Below the pieces are notes generated by a model. The model had not been told where the DNA came from. It made no database searches and was given only the letters and a program-made list of their open reading frames with translations. A stretch of DNA of 42,820 bases, from positions 11,305,569 to 11,348,388 of the forward strand of contig JBOZIK010000001.1 of the NCBI GenBank assembly GCA_051453625.1, written 5' to 3'. The DNA is from Welwitschia mirabilis (taxonomy: Eukaryota). Below, in pieces: positions 12,642 to 24,295 of the stretch. The number at the start of each line of letters is the position of its first letter. The stretch's first letter is position 1. Both the position numbers and the translations under genes were made by a program.

Positions 12642-13625
12642 TGTTAAAGGTCTATGTTTCAATGATGATCAATGGATTCTATAGCCAGTCCAGAGTAGCG
12701 AATTAGACCTAAATGCACCATCTAAGAAGAGCCCAAAATTAAGATATTCAGATTTTGTGCTAATTGGGACATCCATATCTAAAACTAGGACGTTTGCCCC
12801 CGTATGCAGCCAAATTGCATGGGGACGTTTGGATCTAAGCCTAGGATGTTTGCCCTTGTGTGTGCCCAAATTACACAAGGACATCTAGAACTAAAACTAG
12901 GACGTCTGCCTTGTATGCAGACAAAATATACAGGGACATTCGGATTATCAAAAGGAGATGCCTGGACAAGCAAACGTTGAGCAGAAAAATGGCCATTCTA
13001 AAAGTTGGATTCCGTCACTGGCACACCAACCAATGCTGAGGGCTACTGATTAAGATCGCAACATCTATATTTTGGTTAGTTCTCAGATAAAAGAGGGGAA
13101 CAATATTTGCGACAGTTTATCACTTACTTGTGTAGTAACTCTATATTATCTATTACTGGAAGTACACTCCTCTAAGCTATTGTTCCTAAATCTGAGCATT
13201 CTATTCTTCTGAATCATTGTACTATCAAGCTGATGATCAGTGCATTCTAAGGCACTCTGTTTCACTTAGATTCTTTGTGTATCATTGTGTTGTATGGTCG
13301 GGACTGAGCATTTTTGTTAAGTCTGTTGAGAGAAGGGCATTGTAAGAAATTGTCAACCTTGAGGCAAGGGTCTTATAAGCTTTGAAGTGCTAAAGGAACT
13401 NNNNNNNNNNGAGGCTAAAAGCTGTTGTTGCCCCCGAGAGTGGAGTTGGCAAAGGGTTGAAGCATTATAAAATCTCTAGTGTATTCTTATTGCTCGTATT
13501 TTGCTTTCTTCTTGTTTATTTGTCCTATTATCTATCATTTTAAAAGGTTATTCTAGTTTGATTTAATTAGAAATATTTTTAAATGCCCTATTCACCCCCC
13601 TCTAGGGTGCCATACAGTCCTAATA
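12642..13625 (+). repeat. 3' LTR (copy 3) of the Sirevirus
   Basis: TGTTAAAGGTCTATGTTTCAATGATGATC...TTCACCCCCCTCTAG...CCTAATA (terminal CA mutated to TA); preceded by a PPT. Confidence 0.9.
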
Positions 13626-13814
13626 GTTCTATGTACCAGTTTTACATGTGTCAAACCATATTTATTAACTCATAAGCATTACCAGCAGAAAACCCCTTTG
13701 CTCACCATCACATGACAATAACAAACTTTGTGCTTAGGCAGCATCACTTTATTTGTAATATTTGAGAGCCGAGCATATAACATAGTAATCGAATCACTCC
13801 AACCAAGCTCGAAA

Positions 13815-14290
13815 TTTTTTTTTGTTTGTTTGAATGAAGATTGCAGTTTTTATTACTGAAAAATGAGGAAGTACAGACATTCACATAAGACCGAAAGGTG
13901 AAGAGACTGGGCTCATACGGATATTCTTAAAAATTCAAGGCTGAGACAAAAAAAAGAAAAAAAAATACAGGAGGGCAAAAAAGACTGGAGCTAATTGAAC
14001 TCTTGAGTTATGAAAGTCTGTGAGCTGCTCTTCCTTAGATTCAGTAAAATCTGTGGCTAGCCTGCACCCCGCCTGAGTGATTCCACTGGTCTGGATTGGC
14101 TTGATTGCCACTGAGTGATGCTGAGCTGAAAGTAAAGCATAGATTCAAAACAGGGGAGATAAACGGTGTCAATCTTCTAAAACAGACTCCATGAAGCCAA
14201 ATTGAATATGCTGTGATTGAAACCAGGAAGGAGATGAGGCACTGCTAGTTCCTCCTTCTCAGAAATTGCGGGGTTATGCCCATTGACTGA
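13815..14290 (-). mobile_element. L1-type LINE 3' end, copy A (cut by a gap)
   Basis: T-rich tail on + (poly(A) on -) followed by ~460 bp closely similar to 16134-16595. Confidence 0.65.
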
Positions 14291-14390
14291 NNNNNNNNNN
14301 NNNNNNNNNNNNNNNNNNNNNNNNNNNNNNNNNNNNNNNNNNNNNNNNNNNNNNNNNNNNNNNNNNNNNNNNNNNNNNNNNNNNNNNNNN

Positions 14391-15028
14391 CTTGTCAGTA
14401 TTCCAAATCAGTTTAGCACCATCACACGATTGAAGATGATTCTCAGTGTAGCTCTTCTAGTGAGGAAGAGGAAGAAGTGTAACATAAGAATGTTCTTGAA
14501 ATTGGATCTAAACCTAAACAGAATGTAGAGAACTTTCAAACACCAGATCATTGGGTTAGGCATTCTACCAGGCCTATCAAACCACCTCTTAAGTATTCTC
14601 TATCATTGAATTATATGATTTATGTAGTTGTAGGAGAACTAGTCATATCAGGAAGCCATTTACAGTGTTGGTGCTATTAAATGGATGAAGGCTATAAATG
14701 AGGAAATGAAGTCCTTTGAGCAGAACCATACTTGGAAGGTAATGCCCTTGCCACTTGGAAAAGGGCATTGAAAAATAGGTGGATCTATAGGTTGAAACAA
14801 GAAACTAAGGGAGCAAAACGTTACAGGGCGAGAGTGGTAGTGAAGGGTTTTGCACAGAAGAAAGGTACCGATTCCAATGAAATTTTCTCTCCTGTTATTG
14901 AACATACCTTCATTAGCATCATTTTAGCTATGGTAGCTTGCATGAATTTAGAATTGGTACAACTAGATATTGAAACTGCGTTCTTGCATGGTGATTTACA
15001 AGAAGAAGTTTATATGGAACAGCCAGAA
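14391..15028 (+). pseudogene. Ty1/copia (Tnt1/Tork-like) INT-RT linker and RT N-terminal fragment
   Basis: WMKAINEEMKSFEQNHTW, ALKNRWIYRLK, RYRARVVVKGFAQKKG, QLDIETAFLHGDLQEEVYMEQPE. Confidence 0.88.
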
Positions 15029-15029
15029 A

Positions 15030-15600
15030 TTTATAACAGATCAAATTCTTTGCAATACAAGGAACATGGTAATCATTCCTTAACGTCACATTCTATCCAT
15101 TACTCTGTTTCAGAATGACAACACCAATCCATTTAATAATGCATAATCTATCATTTTCCACGAAGACTTCTCTTCTAGAAATGTATATGTAATTAAAAAA
15201 ATTCTTTGTATGGGCAGACATGGAAAGAAGCTCCTGAATCTAGAATCCATATATTAGGAGTAGAGTACGTGGAGATACCGGCATCTCCATCTTTAGCAAT
15301 CAACAATCTTTATGCAGATGGCCCTTCTTCTTATAATACCAATAAATGACTTCGCTTCTACTTGGAGATTTACCTTAGCTCTTGTTACGTCCACATACAT
15401 CTTCTCTTTTGTGTGAAGGGCCCTTTTTAATAGGCACTGCTTCATTGGAGGCATCTGTAGTTTATGTCTTATTTGTGTCTAGCAATTTTGAAATGATAGT
15501 ATTGAGAGATAGTAAAGATCTAGAAGTTGCGGTCAAAGTAGTCTAAATTGTTTCCAATGAATCTGGTAAGGAACTCAAAACAATGACTTTGTAAAGACAT
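15030..15600 (-). pseudogene. Ty1/copia gag C-terminus, zinc knuckle and protease fragment
   Basis: My - strand translation gives LSSLPDS (gag), YWYYKKKGHLHKDC (decayed CCHC knuckle), WILDSGASFHVCP (protease) and TLRNDYHVPCIAKNLI. Confidence 0.85.
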
Positions 15601-16133
15601 GTCATAATTTTTAAAAAAGAAAAGGACAAGTTTGGCTTCACTTTTTCTAACCTTATCCTCTTTCTAATTCTTCTTGAGCGAGCTTCAATATTTTCATGGA
15701 TTTGCTCACAAAGGTACTATACTCAATGGTAGTGAGCTCAAACCTAAGACACGTCATGTGGAGTAAAAACGATCTGTGCGGACATTCTTGCTTGTGTAAT
15801 AAGATGCAAACAAGCTGGGGAAAGTGCCCATAGTTTCCACACAAGAGTCTTGGTCTCATTGGAAGGGATTCCTTCTATGGATATATGAGTCAGTTCAACT
15901 TTGAAAGTGTTATATTTTCTGATTTATTTGCTCAGTTCTTCATTAGAACTTCAAGCTTGTGTGCAACATTTAATTATCGAGAAGGAAGATGACACCAAAA
16001 GCTGATGTAAAGATAGCATTTTATCTTGCACTTAGTATATTTGCCATTGTTCTCTTGAATGTTCACTGCAAGCTCAAGTGTTTTTCTTGCTTGGATTGTA
16101 TTTCGCAATCATTCCTTCAGCTCAAGCTAGCAT

Positions 16134-16910
16134 TGTTTTTAAATGAAGATTGTAGTTTTCATTACTAATAAATGAGGAAGTATAGACAATTACATAACAC
16201 CAAAAGGAAAAGAGACTCGGCTCATACATATATTCTTAAAAATTCAAAACTGAGACAAAAAACGAAAAAAAATACAGAGGGCAAAAAAGACTGGAGCTGA
16301 TTGAACTCCGAGTTATGAAAGCCTGTGAGCTGCTCTTCCTTAGATTCAGTAAAATCTATGGCTAGCCTGAACTCCGCCTGAGTGGTTCCACTGGTCTGGA
16401 TTGGTTTGATTGCCACTAAGTGATGCTAAGCTGAAAGTAAAGCACAGATTCAAAACAGGGGAGATAAAACGGTGCCAATCTTCTAAAACAGGCTCCATGA
16501 AGCCAAATCAAATATGTTGTGAGAAACCAGGAAGGAGATGAGGCATTGCTAGTTCCTTCTTCTCAGAAATTGCAGGGTTATGCCCATTGATTGACACCAA
16601 CTACGATTTCTTTGGGTGTCCTTGATCCTCTGAATGGAAGCTAGTTTGATCTTTCATAGAGCTTGGATTTCTTTGATCAGCTGGTGAGGCCTAAACTCAG
16701 CTTCCTTGAACAGTTTGCATTCCTGCTGTGCCAGATGTAATATATGCATGCTGAGACAATCGATTTGATGATGCTGTGTTGAGTAGAACGACTCCTAAAT
16801 CTGTGATTTATGCACTGTAACAGAACTGTCCAATTGTAAGAAGGGGGTTGGATTTGCAATCGGTTCAAAGCGTTTTTAAAATTGAATTCCCATGGCCATT
16901 GACTCAAAAA
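16134..16910 (-). mobile_element. L1-type LINE 3' end, copy B (5'-truncated)
   Basis: - strand ORF2 C-terminal motif SIVSACIYYIWHSRN, typical of plant L1, followed by a 3' UTR homologous to copy A. 5' boundary approximate. Confidence 0.72.
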
Positions 16911-19900
16911 GGTATTCACAACAATCATTATATGGGGAAAAGGATAAAATGCTTATAATTTTTCCTCTATTATTTTTCTATCTTCCATTTTTTTAATGAA
17001 CTAACTCTTAAAACTGCATCATTCTACTTATTAAAATAATAGTATCACCCCATTATCCTTTATAATCATGGGTTTGGTTTCATGAGTTCTCTTCGATGAT
17101 TACTATTCAGTTTGAACACCTCAATAAGCATTCTGTCTACATGCTTCAAAAAGGAAAATGTTAGGTTGCTGTGCCACGACTCTGCCTTTGAAACTAGCAC
17201 ATACATAGGCACCAACTTTTCTTCTTTAAAGAAACATGGAAATGGTTCTTGTTCTTTCTTTCACTTCTTGTTCTTGGGGGGATATGGAATTATCTCATTT
17301 TTAGTGTTTTGGGAATCATCATCGTCAGCCTTTCCTCACAACAAACAAGCTAGGACTTTTGAAACCCAATCTCTAATAGTAACAACTATATCCTTTTTCT
17401 TATGAGATTTTTAGCTTCACTTCAGCTTCGGGAGCATATTTATCCAAAAATTTCCCACCATTATTATCATCATAGAGCAGCAGGATGAAGGACACAGAAT
17501 TTCCAACCCTGTGCAATGAAACTGCCCAAATGGTGGCACTTTGATACTAATCCCAGACTTTTCTATTGTTAGTTTCTGCTCTTCAGCCTCAAGATCTCGC
17601 TAGCCTATCTCATTGTCTTCCAGTGGCAGTGCTCCAGTGCCCCCAAAAGTTATAGTCCTACTTAATCGCTTGCTCATATGCCCAAGTCGCTCAGTGACTC
17701 CGCTGCACTACAACATCCCGTGCTTAATCATCTTGTTCATGGATGGCCGATGTTATCATCATGAGAAATCTTCAAAGCCTCTCAACAGCATCTCTAAAAG
17801 GCTTCAAACAATGCCCTAAAGGACTTCAGTGGAAATCTGCTTAATGAGACCAAGGAAAAGAATGCAATCTTTAGAGATGTGGTTTTGACAAAGAGAAAGC
17901 ATTGCTTGCTAATACTGAAACCAACATAGAGAAATATATGTGATGATTTTGCACATCTTAAACGAGATGTTGCAGCTCGGAAATATCATGTGGTTTGTCC
18001 ACTGGAAGACAATACATGTTGCCTAATTTAAGAGTGAACTCATATAAAAGTCAAAGGTTGCTAAAAGCATGGCAGCATGGACCGTAGACAAAATTATGGA
18101 ATCACATGTGCCTTTGCTTTGTGTCTGTGATGAATCTCCATATTCCAGGGCTTTGAAGGTTCTGCCATTTTTGATGCTGTACATCTTGGTTCCAGAACTC
18201 TACCAGCATCCATTTGCCTTCAATCCTTTGAGATGGCAGCACATAGGTTTCTTTCTCCACAGACCTGTCTGCTTGTATTTGAATTCACTGATGATGGCCA
18301 TCAGTATATGACATTTCTACTGTAGTTTGAATTTAGATGTCAATTCTCTAATAGCTAATCTTGGCTGCAAAATGATGTTTATGTGATCTCAAATTTCTTG
18401 TTTGAATATGTTTGGACCTTTTGGCAAAAGTCTCAACTGAATTTCGCAATTTCTTGAAGAAATGCATGCATTTATTACATGGGGTGTAGGAAGCAGAGAA
18501 TGGAGTGAACACTAAAAGCAGAGAACTGGCTCTGTCTGTGTATCTTCTGAATATTTTAGTCTGTTCCAAGAAAGGCCGAGGCTGTGCAGGCGGCTGGAGC
18601 TAGCAAAGATTGAGATAATAGTGTTTTTGCATCCGATGTTTCTTGCACACAAATACTTGTAATTAGATGTCTCAAGTTTTCAGCCATCCATTTCATCAAG
18701 TGTTTCTGTCTGAAACTAACTTGAAATTGCACGTGGGAGGTGGCATCAAATACATCGCTCGTATTCCCTTTCATGGAGATAAAAAAGGGGGCTTCCTCTG
18801 CACATTACTTTGTGATCTTTCCTTGGAATAGTAGATGTCATCATAGTCAGTAACCACATCAAATCATCAAGATATTTCCTTTCTCTGCTTTGCTCCCCTT
18901 GAATACATAACTCTTTTTGCACCTAAGCACGAAGTGTTCCATCTTTGGATCTGTTATGCTGTAATACCGTTGATAATGTACCCTTTTTTTGTACATCAAA
19001 GACAATTCCTAAGCCATTATTTGATTGAAACTGATTTGTATTTATTTGCTTGGCTTAGGAGTTGTCTCTTCAGAACACCCTTCTATAATACAATGTTACC
19101 CTACAGACATAATGATGACAGTCATTAAATACATTAATGTGCTCTTGTTAATCATAAAAGAGACATTACACTGTCTAGCACTCCTAACAATAGAGATGTA
19201 TCATCTAGGATGGACCAAGCTCTTACTAGGGATACACATATCAGTCCCCATTGTCTCTATCTTTGGTTTCTGGTTAGTGATCCAATCCATGATGCCATGA
19301 ATCCTAATCTCATCGTCACCCATGTCCAATAATGCATGCATGTCTACATTTTTATTGTTCTTAGGTTTGGAACCCTGTCTTTGATCTTTGAATTACAATA
19401 AACACATGCCAATTTATTTAATCTCTCTCTTGTCAACCTTATATCCTTCTTTTGTGTGTACATCCTAGAATGCACTCCACTGCATGCACAACTAGAACTG
19501 TTTAGAAGATAGACTAAAATCTAAGAGATTTCAATCAACAATTGCAAATAAGGATTTTACAATGGGTTTTTGTAGAAGATTGGCACTAAAGAGGAGAGTA
19601 GGATTCGTTACAATAAGAGAATCAAGTTGTCAAAACCTGGAATTGTGATTTTGTTACGATTCCTCATCTGGAATTGCCATTCCCTGCGAATTGTGATTTC
19701 ATTGCAATTGTAATCAAATTGGATGGAATGACAATCTAGAATAACCATAAATGTGATTTCAATATGATTTCTAAAGTGTGATAAAAATTAATCAGGTGGT
19801 TGATGCCTTCAGGTCCTACCCTACCCTACTGCACTAGAGCCAAGAATGCAACAGTGTAGGAAGGTGTGTGCTGCCCAGTCATTAGAACATAACAGGTCTA

Positions 19901-20580
19901 GCAAATTTCATGCCAGACGCCAGGAAGAAGCTTTTTGTGGTAGTCGTCTATGACTTTGCTGTTGGTGATTTGTGCGGCAAATGCATAATTTTCCTTAGTT
20001 GTTACAAGACATACTGAATGCTTTTGTCTAGCTGATCACATCTCGTGTGTCTTATTCCTAGTCTATTATAGAAGTTGCCTTTAAACCTTCATATTTGTTC
20101 TTGATTCATCAAATTTAGTATCAACTGAATTACTGTGTCTAGTTTTTACTCTTTCTAAGATGTTGATTTTAATTTTAAAATAAAAAATGCACTGCTGAAG
20201 GACAAAAACACATTTTGGAACTTAGGCATCTTCAAGGCCAGGTGGATCTTTGCTTTGCATGAAAGTGCACTACAACGTACAAAAGATGGAACATTACTAT
20301 ATTTATAAGGTGAAAGAGCAAATGTATGTGTGGTTAAAAAATGCAGATATCAGTGTGTTAAACTCATTTGTAAATGTCTCCTTGTTCACGCCTATGTTCA
20401 AAAATTTGCAGAAGAGGGGTTTGTCGTATTACTATCATAGACCACATTGCTTGGTTTTAATGACATATTGTACTTTTTTTGTAAATCACCCATTTTATAA
20501 ATCATTTAGACTTTCACAAATAACTTTTCCCTCAGGAATTTAATTAGAACATTTGCATTCTAATTCATTTTTTAACACAG

Positions 20581-20622
20581 GGTTGCAATGGAACAAACTT
20601 TTGCCCTTTTAATGTGTTCAAG
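20581..20622 (+). CDS. MINPP1: Penultimate exon of a histidine acid phosphatase (multiple inositol polyphosphate phosphatase-like)
   Basis: TTTTTAACACAG acceptor and AG|GTATGG donor; 42 nt encoding GCNGTNFCPFNVFK, matching the GC...FCP...FK motif near the C-terminus of plant MINPP-like proteins. Confidence 0.85.
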
Positions 20623-20698
20623 GTATGGGTTCCTAAAGTTTTTACCCCAATCCATTTATCTTAAAGAACTTAATTAATTTGAGTTTATCTTGCTGCAG

Positions 20699-20875
20699 GA
20701 GAAAATTGCAGGTCCACATCTGAGATATTCATTTGAATCATTGTGCACCACAAAAGTTAAAAGGTGTTCTCTGGGTTGTATGGCTGCTAGAATTTTCAAA
20801 ATGCTGGCTGCTAGAATGTTCAAAATGCTTTTCCCAAGGGAAGGGTCTGGTGTTCATGAAGACCCTGAGTTGTAG
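20699..20875 (+). CDS. MINPP1: Last coding exon of the MINPP1-like histidine acid phosphatase
   Basis: 76-bp GT-AG intron 20623-20698; the exon reads in frame EKIAGPHLRYSFESLC...VHEDPEL*, with the K+..PHL...F..LC motif and an ER-retention-like xxEL end. Confidence 0.85.
   Translation, partial: EKIAGPHLRYSFESLCTTKVKRCSLGCMAARIFKMLAARMFKMLFPREGSGVHEDPEL
20781..20828 (+). repeat. 24-bp tandem duplication inside the coding exon
   Basis: TGGCTGCTAGAATTTTCAAAATGC / TGGCTGCTAGAATGTTCAAAATGC, one mismatch. Confidence 0.95.
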
Positions 20876-23800
20876 ACGTGCCAAGTGAATTTTCAATTTT
20901 TGCGACTTCTAATTTTGCATTTTGATAAATGGTTGTCTATCTGCAATTGACATGATCTCAGTGGTTTAATCATCTCCTAGTACTGATTAGGATCATTAGA
21001 AAACATGCATCGTCAAATAAAATGTAATACATAAATGAAAATCCCTAATTTAATTATTGTCAATGTACTTCAAGCACAAATGAAAAGCAGTAAAATTGAG
21101 TCAAGGAACGTGATTTATGAGAAGTTATAGTGTTTGACATATAGTGTCTTTTAATGTAAATAACACTCTGGGTAGCTGACTGGAAACTTACTTGCTGCCT
21201 CTGAATCTCAAATAAGAAATGTAGTTCCTCTTGAGGCCCTGTTGTAATCCTATGTACCATTTATTGTTTTTCAGATAGGATATTGTAGTTGGAGTTCTGT
21301 TGCTTCTGGTTATCTTTTTGTTGAAGTAGAACTGTCTTAGTGAAACTTAAGGTTATTGTTGGCCTTACTTCATTTTACCTTGATAGCTTCAATCACATTT
21401 GTTTAATGACGGAAATTTTAAAGGCATTCAACAAACATTCTAGGATAAGGGTGCTGATCATGAAGTTACATCAAAGATGAGCACCAAAAGATGTCAGTAA
21501 GCAGAATTGTTTCAAGTTTGTAGTGTAAGATGCTTTCAAGAGCAATTGAATGAGAAATTTGCAAGTGAATCAAACCTAGGAATTGTTNNNNNNNNNNNNN
21601 NNNNNNNNNNNNNNNNNNNNNNNNNNNNNNNNNNNNNNNNNNNNNNNNNNNNNNNNNNNNNNNNNNNNNNNNNNNNNNNNNNNNNNNNNNNNNNNNNNNN
21701 NNNNNNNNNNNNNNNNNNNNNNNNNNNNNNNNNNNNNNNNNNNNNNNNNNNNNNNNNNNNNNNNNNNNNNNNNNNNNNNNNNNNNNNNNNNNNNNNNNNN
21801 NNNNNNNNNNNNNNNNNNNNNNNNNNNNNNNNNNNNNNNNNNNNNNNNNNNNNNNNNNNNNNNNNNNNNNNNNNNNNNNNNNNNNNNNNNNNNNNNNNNN
21901 NNNNNNNNNNNNNNNNNNNNNNNNNNNNNNNNNNNNNNNNNNNNNNNNNNNNNNNNNNNNNNNNNNNNNNNNNNNNNNNNNNNNNNNNNNNNNNNNNNNN
22001 NNNNNNNNNNNATTTTAGCATCGTCTAGCCATATTTTGGTAAATTAGGTTAAAAAAGACCTAAAAAGAATGATGACCGAACTGCTTTGAGGATATATGAG
22101 GCACTAATAGTTGTTAATGTCTGTTCAGGTATGGAGAATTTGTTAGCTTGATTTTAACTTTTGGAATTCGGAAAATTCCTAATGAAAACAGTATGGCATT
22201 ACATGTGATGCTTGATGTCATGCAAGTAGTAATGGACGAATCTGTGTTCAGTTCAAGGAAATTCCATATGGACTGTGAAGCAATGTATTTGAAAGAGATG
22301 CACAATAATACACAACAAGAATTAGATATTCTTGTGGGAAGAAGTTTCTCACTTACAGGTTTAGGAGTTCATTGAGGGTTTTCATTGAGTTTTTATCTAT
22401 ATGCATTAGCTATAAGTGAAGTGTTATTCGCTGTATGATGCAACTTTCTCTTGCAGTGTATTTTTAGATGATGTAATAGGTGAAGAGTAAATGAGGATCG
22501 TCATAATTTGTGTTTTTGGAAATTTGATTATGCTTTATCAAACCAGAACACCTGATTAATAGTACCAATTGGATATTAATATCATTATTTCCAATACCGT
22601 TGTATCACGTTCGTGATGTAAGAAGACACATTGTAAGTAATATAAGAATTAGATAAACAATGTGAAAGTACATGAATTTTATGAGTGAAAACTTTTAATA
22701 TGAATGTTGTTTAGCAATAAAAAGAACATATGCATGTAAGGAATTCATGATGGAGTAACAATGATAGATTGTTAAAGAATGTTCTTAATCTTGATAGTAA
22801 AAATTATTGAGAGCTGGCTACAAGGGGTTGCACTTATGCAATGCCAAGACAAAAGATCCCCTTTCACTTATTTAACACCAAAAGGAAAGACGTTACATGA
22901 AAACTAACAAAGAACTTAAAAACTTCAAAATTTTGAAGCATGTTATGTTTATTTTTAGGCATGCATTTGAAATACGTTTAATTTTCAATAACAAGGATAA
23001 TTTGAAAAAATGCTTATTAAATATATGGTATGTGGAGTGAACTAATCCGTTTTCATCATAGCATTACTTGAGGACAATGTGAAGAGAACTAATATTAAAT
23101 ATTGAAATCCTTTGTTAAATAAATTGAATGTTTCATTTCAATAAATTGAGTGGGTGCCCATAAAGCTTGAAATATTTTGTTGTGCTCTAATTCATATTGA
23201 CTTTCATCTTTGTTCTTCCCTTGCTTTCTCCATCATCTATCTCGTCTCTCACTTGGAAGACAAAGATTCAAACTTTAATGCATGCTTAAAATTTGGTCTA
23301 GTACTCCAAATTCCTCCTTCTAATTTGATTTTCGAAGTACCTTTGTTCTCATTTGAAATTGTGTGGATGGTTTACTCTTTCAAGTTTTTTCACATAACAT
23401 AAAAACACTTAGATTTGACATAGAGTTTCCCTTAAGTCAATTGCTTTCAAGATTTTAAGTATTATGTTTTACATCTCCTTTTCTTTAGGAACCAAATTAT
23501 TGTTTGTGGATATTTAGTATTTTTAGTGGCTTTAGATTTGCTCCCTAGGATTTGAGATCAATTGTGATGGTATTGCAAGGGTCTTCTTTTTATCCTTTTT
23601 ATTTCCATGCTTCTCCTCTTCCATTTTATAAGATCTCCTTGCTTTGTATCTTTAAATTCCCTCCAATTTTTGTAAGTCACATGCTCCATGTTTAAGAATG
23701 CATGCTTGGACATGCATCCATCTATTATCGTTGTTCTTTTCTACCTTTTTGGTTGGTGTGGGTAAGGCTATTGCTATTTTAATTACATCAAATTAGGTTA

Positions 23801-23933
23801 GGGGGTTGGATTAGATATTCAATTTAATTTATTAAAATAAAATCACAAAGATTTGGATAAACACACAATCATTATCTTCACATGCACGTTCTCCACAAGC
23901 TTCACAAGATGGGTTTGTATTGAATTAACTTTA

Positions 23934-24295
23934 TTCATTTTCTTTAAGAATGCTTTCAATAATAGGTGTTGGAAGTTTCCTGATTGCATTGATGTATTGA
24001 GCCTAACACTATAAAAATTAACCCATTTTTGTTGTCATAAACCTTTTTGTTCTTGGTCTCATTGTCTTTTGTGTAACTGTAATGTAATCTTAGTGGAGCT
24101 TTTATATTCTAAGTTTTTCATTTTCTTTAAAAATGCTTTCAACAATAGGTGCTGGAAGTTTCTTGATTACATTGATGTAGAGCTTAGTACTATAAAACTT
24201 AAACCAATTTTTGCTATCATAAACCTTTTTGTTCTTGGTCTTTTACATAATTGTAATGTAATCTTTAGTAGAGATTTTATATTCTAAGGTTTTCA
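23934..24295. repeat. Diverged tandem duplication, two units of ~180 bp
   Basis: TTTTCTTTAA.AATGCTTTCAA.AATAGGTG.TGGAAGTTTC...ATAAACCTTTTTGTTCTTGGTCT...TTTTATATTCTAAG occurs twice head to tail. Confidence 0.85.

Larger units (their letters stand above)
3810..13625 (+). mobile_element. Sirevirus (SIRE/Maximus) Ty1/copia LTR retrotransposon with env-like ORF, degenerate, three LTR copies
   Basis: LTRs, degenerate iMet PBS, gag-PR-INT-RT-RH order, extra ORF after pol, several PPTs and C-rich TTCACCCCCCTCTAG U5 motif; flanks CTTCT (3805-3809) / GTTCT (13626-13630). Confidence 0.9.

Noticed and set aside
19270..19350. - strand ALLDMGDDEIRIHGI resembling the pre-P-loop segment of NB-ARC proteins
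   Set aside because: No GxGGxGKT P-loop follows; too short to support an NLR call.
21260..22460. Additional + strand acceptor-like sites downstream of the MINPP stop
   Set aside because: No conserved coding sequence; UTR splicing cannot be judged without transcript data.
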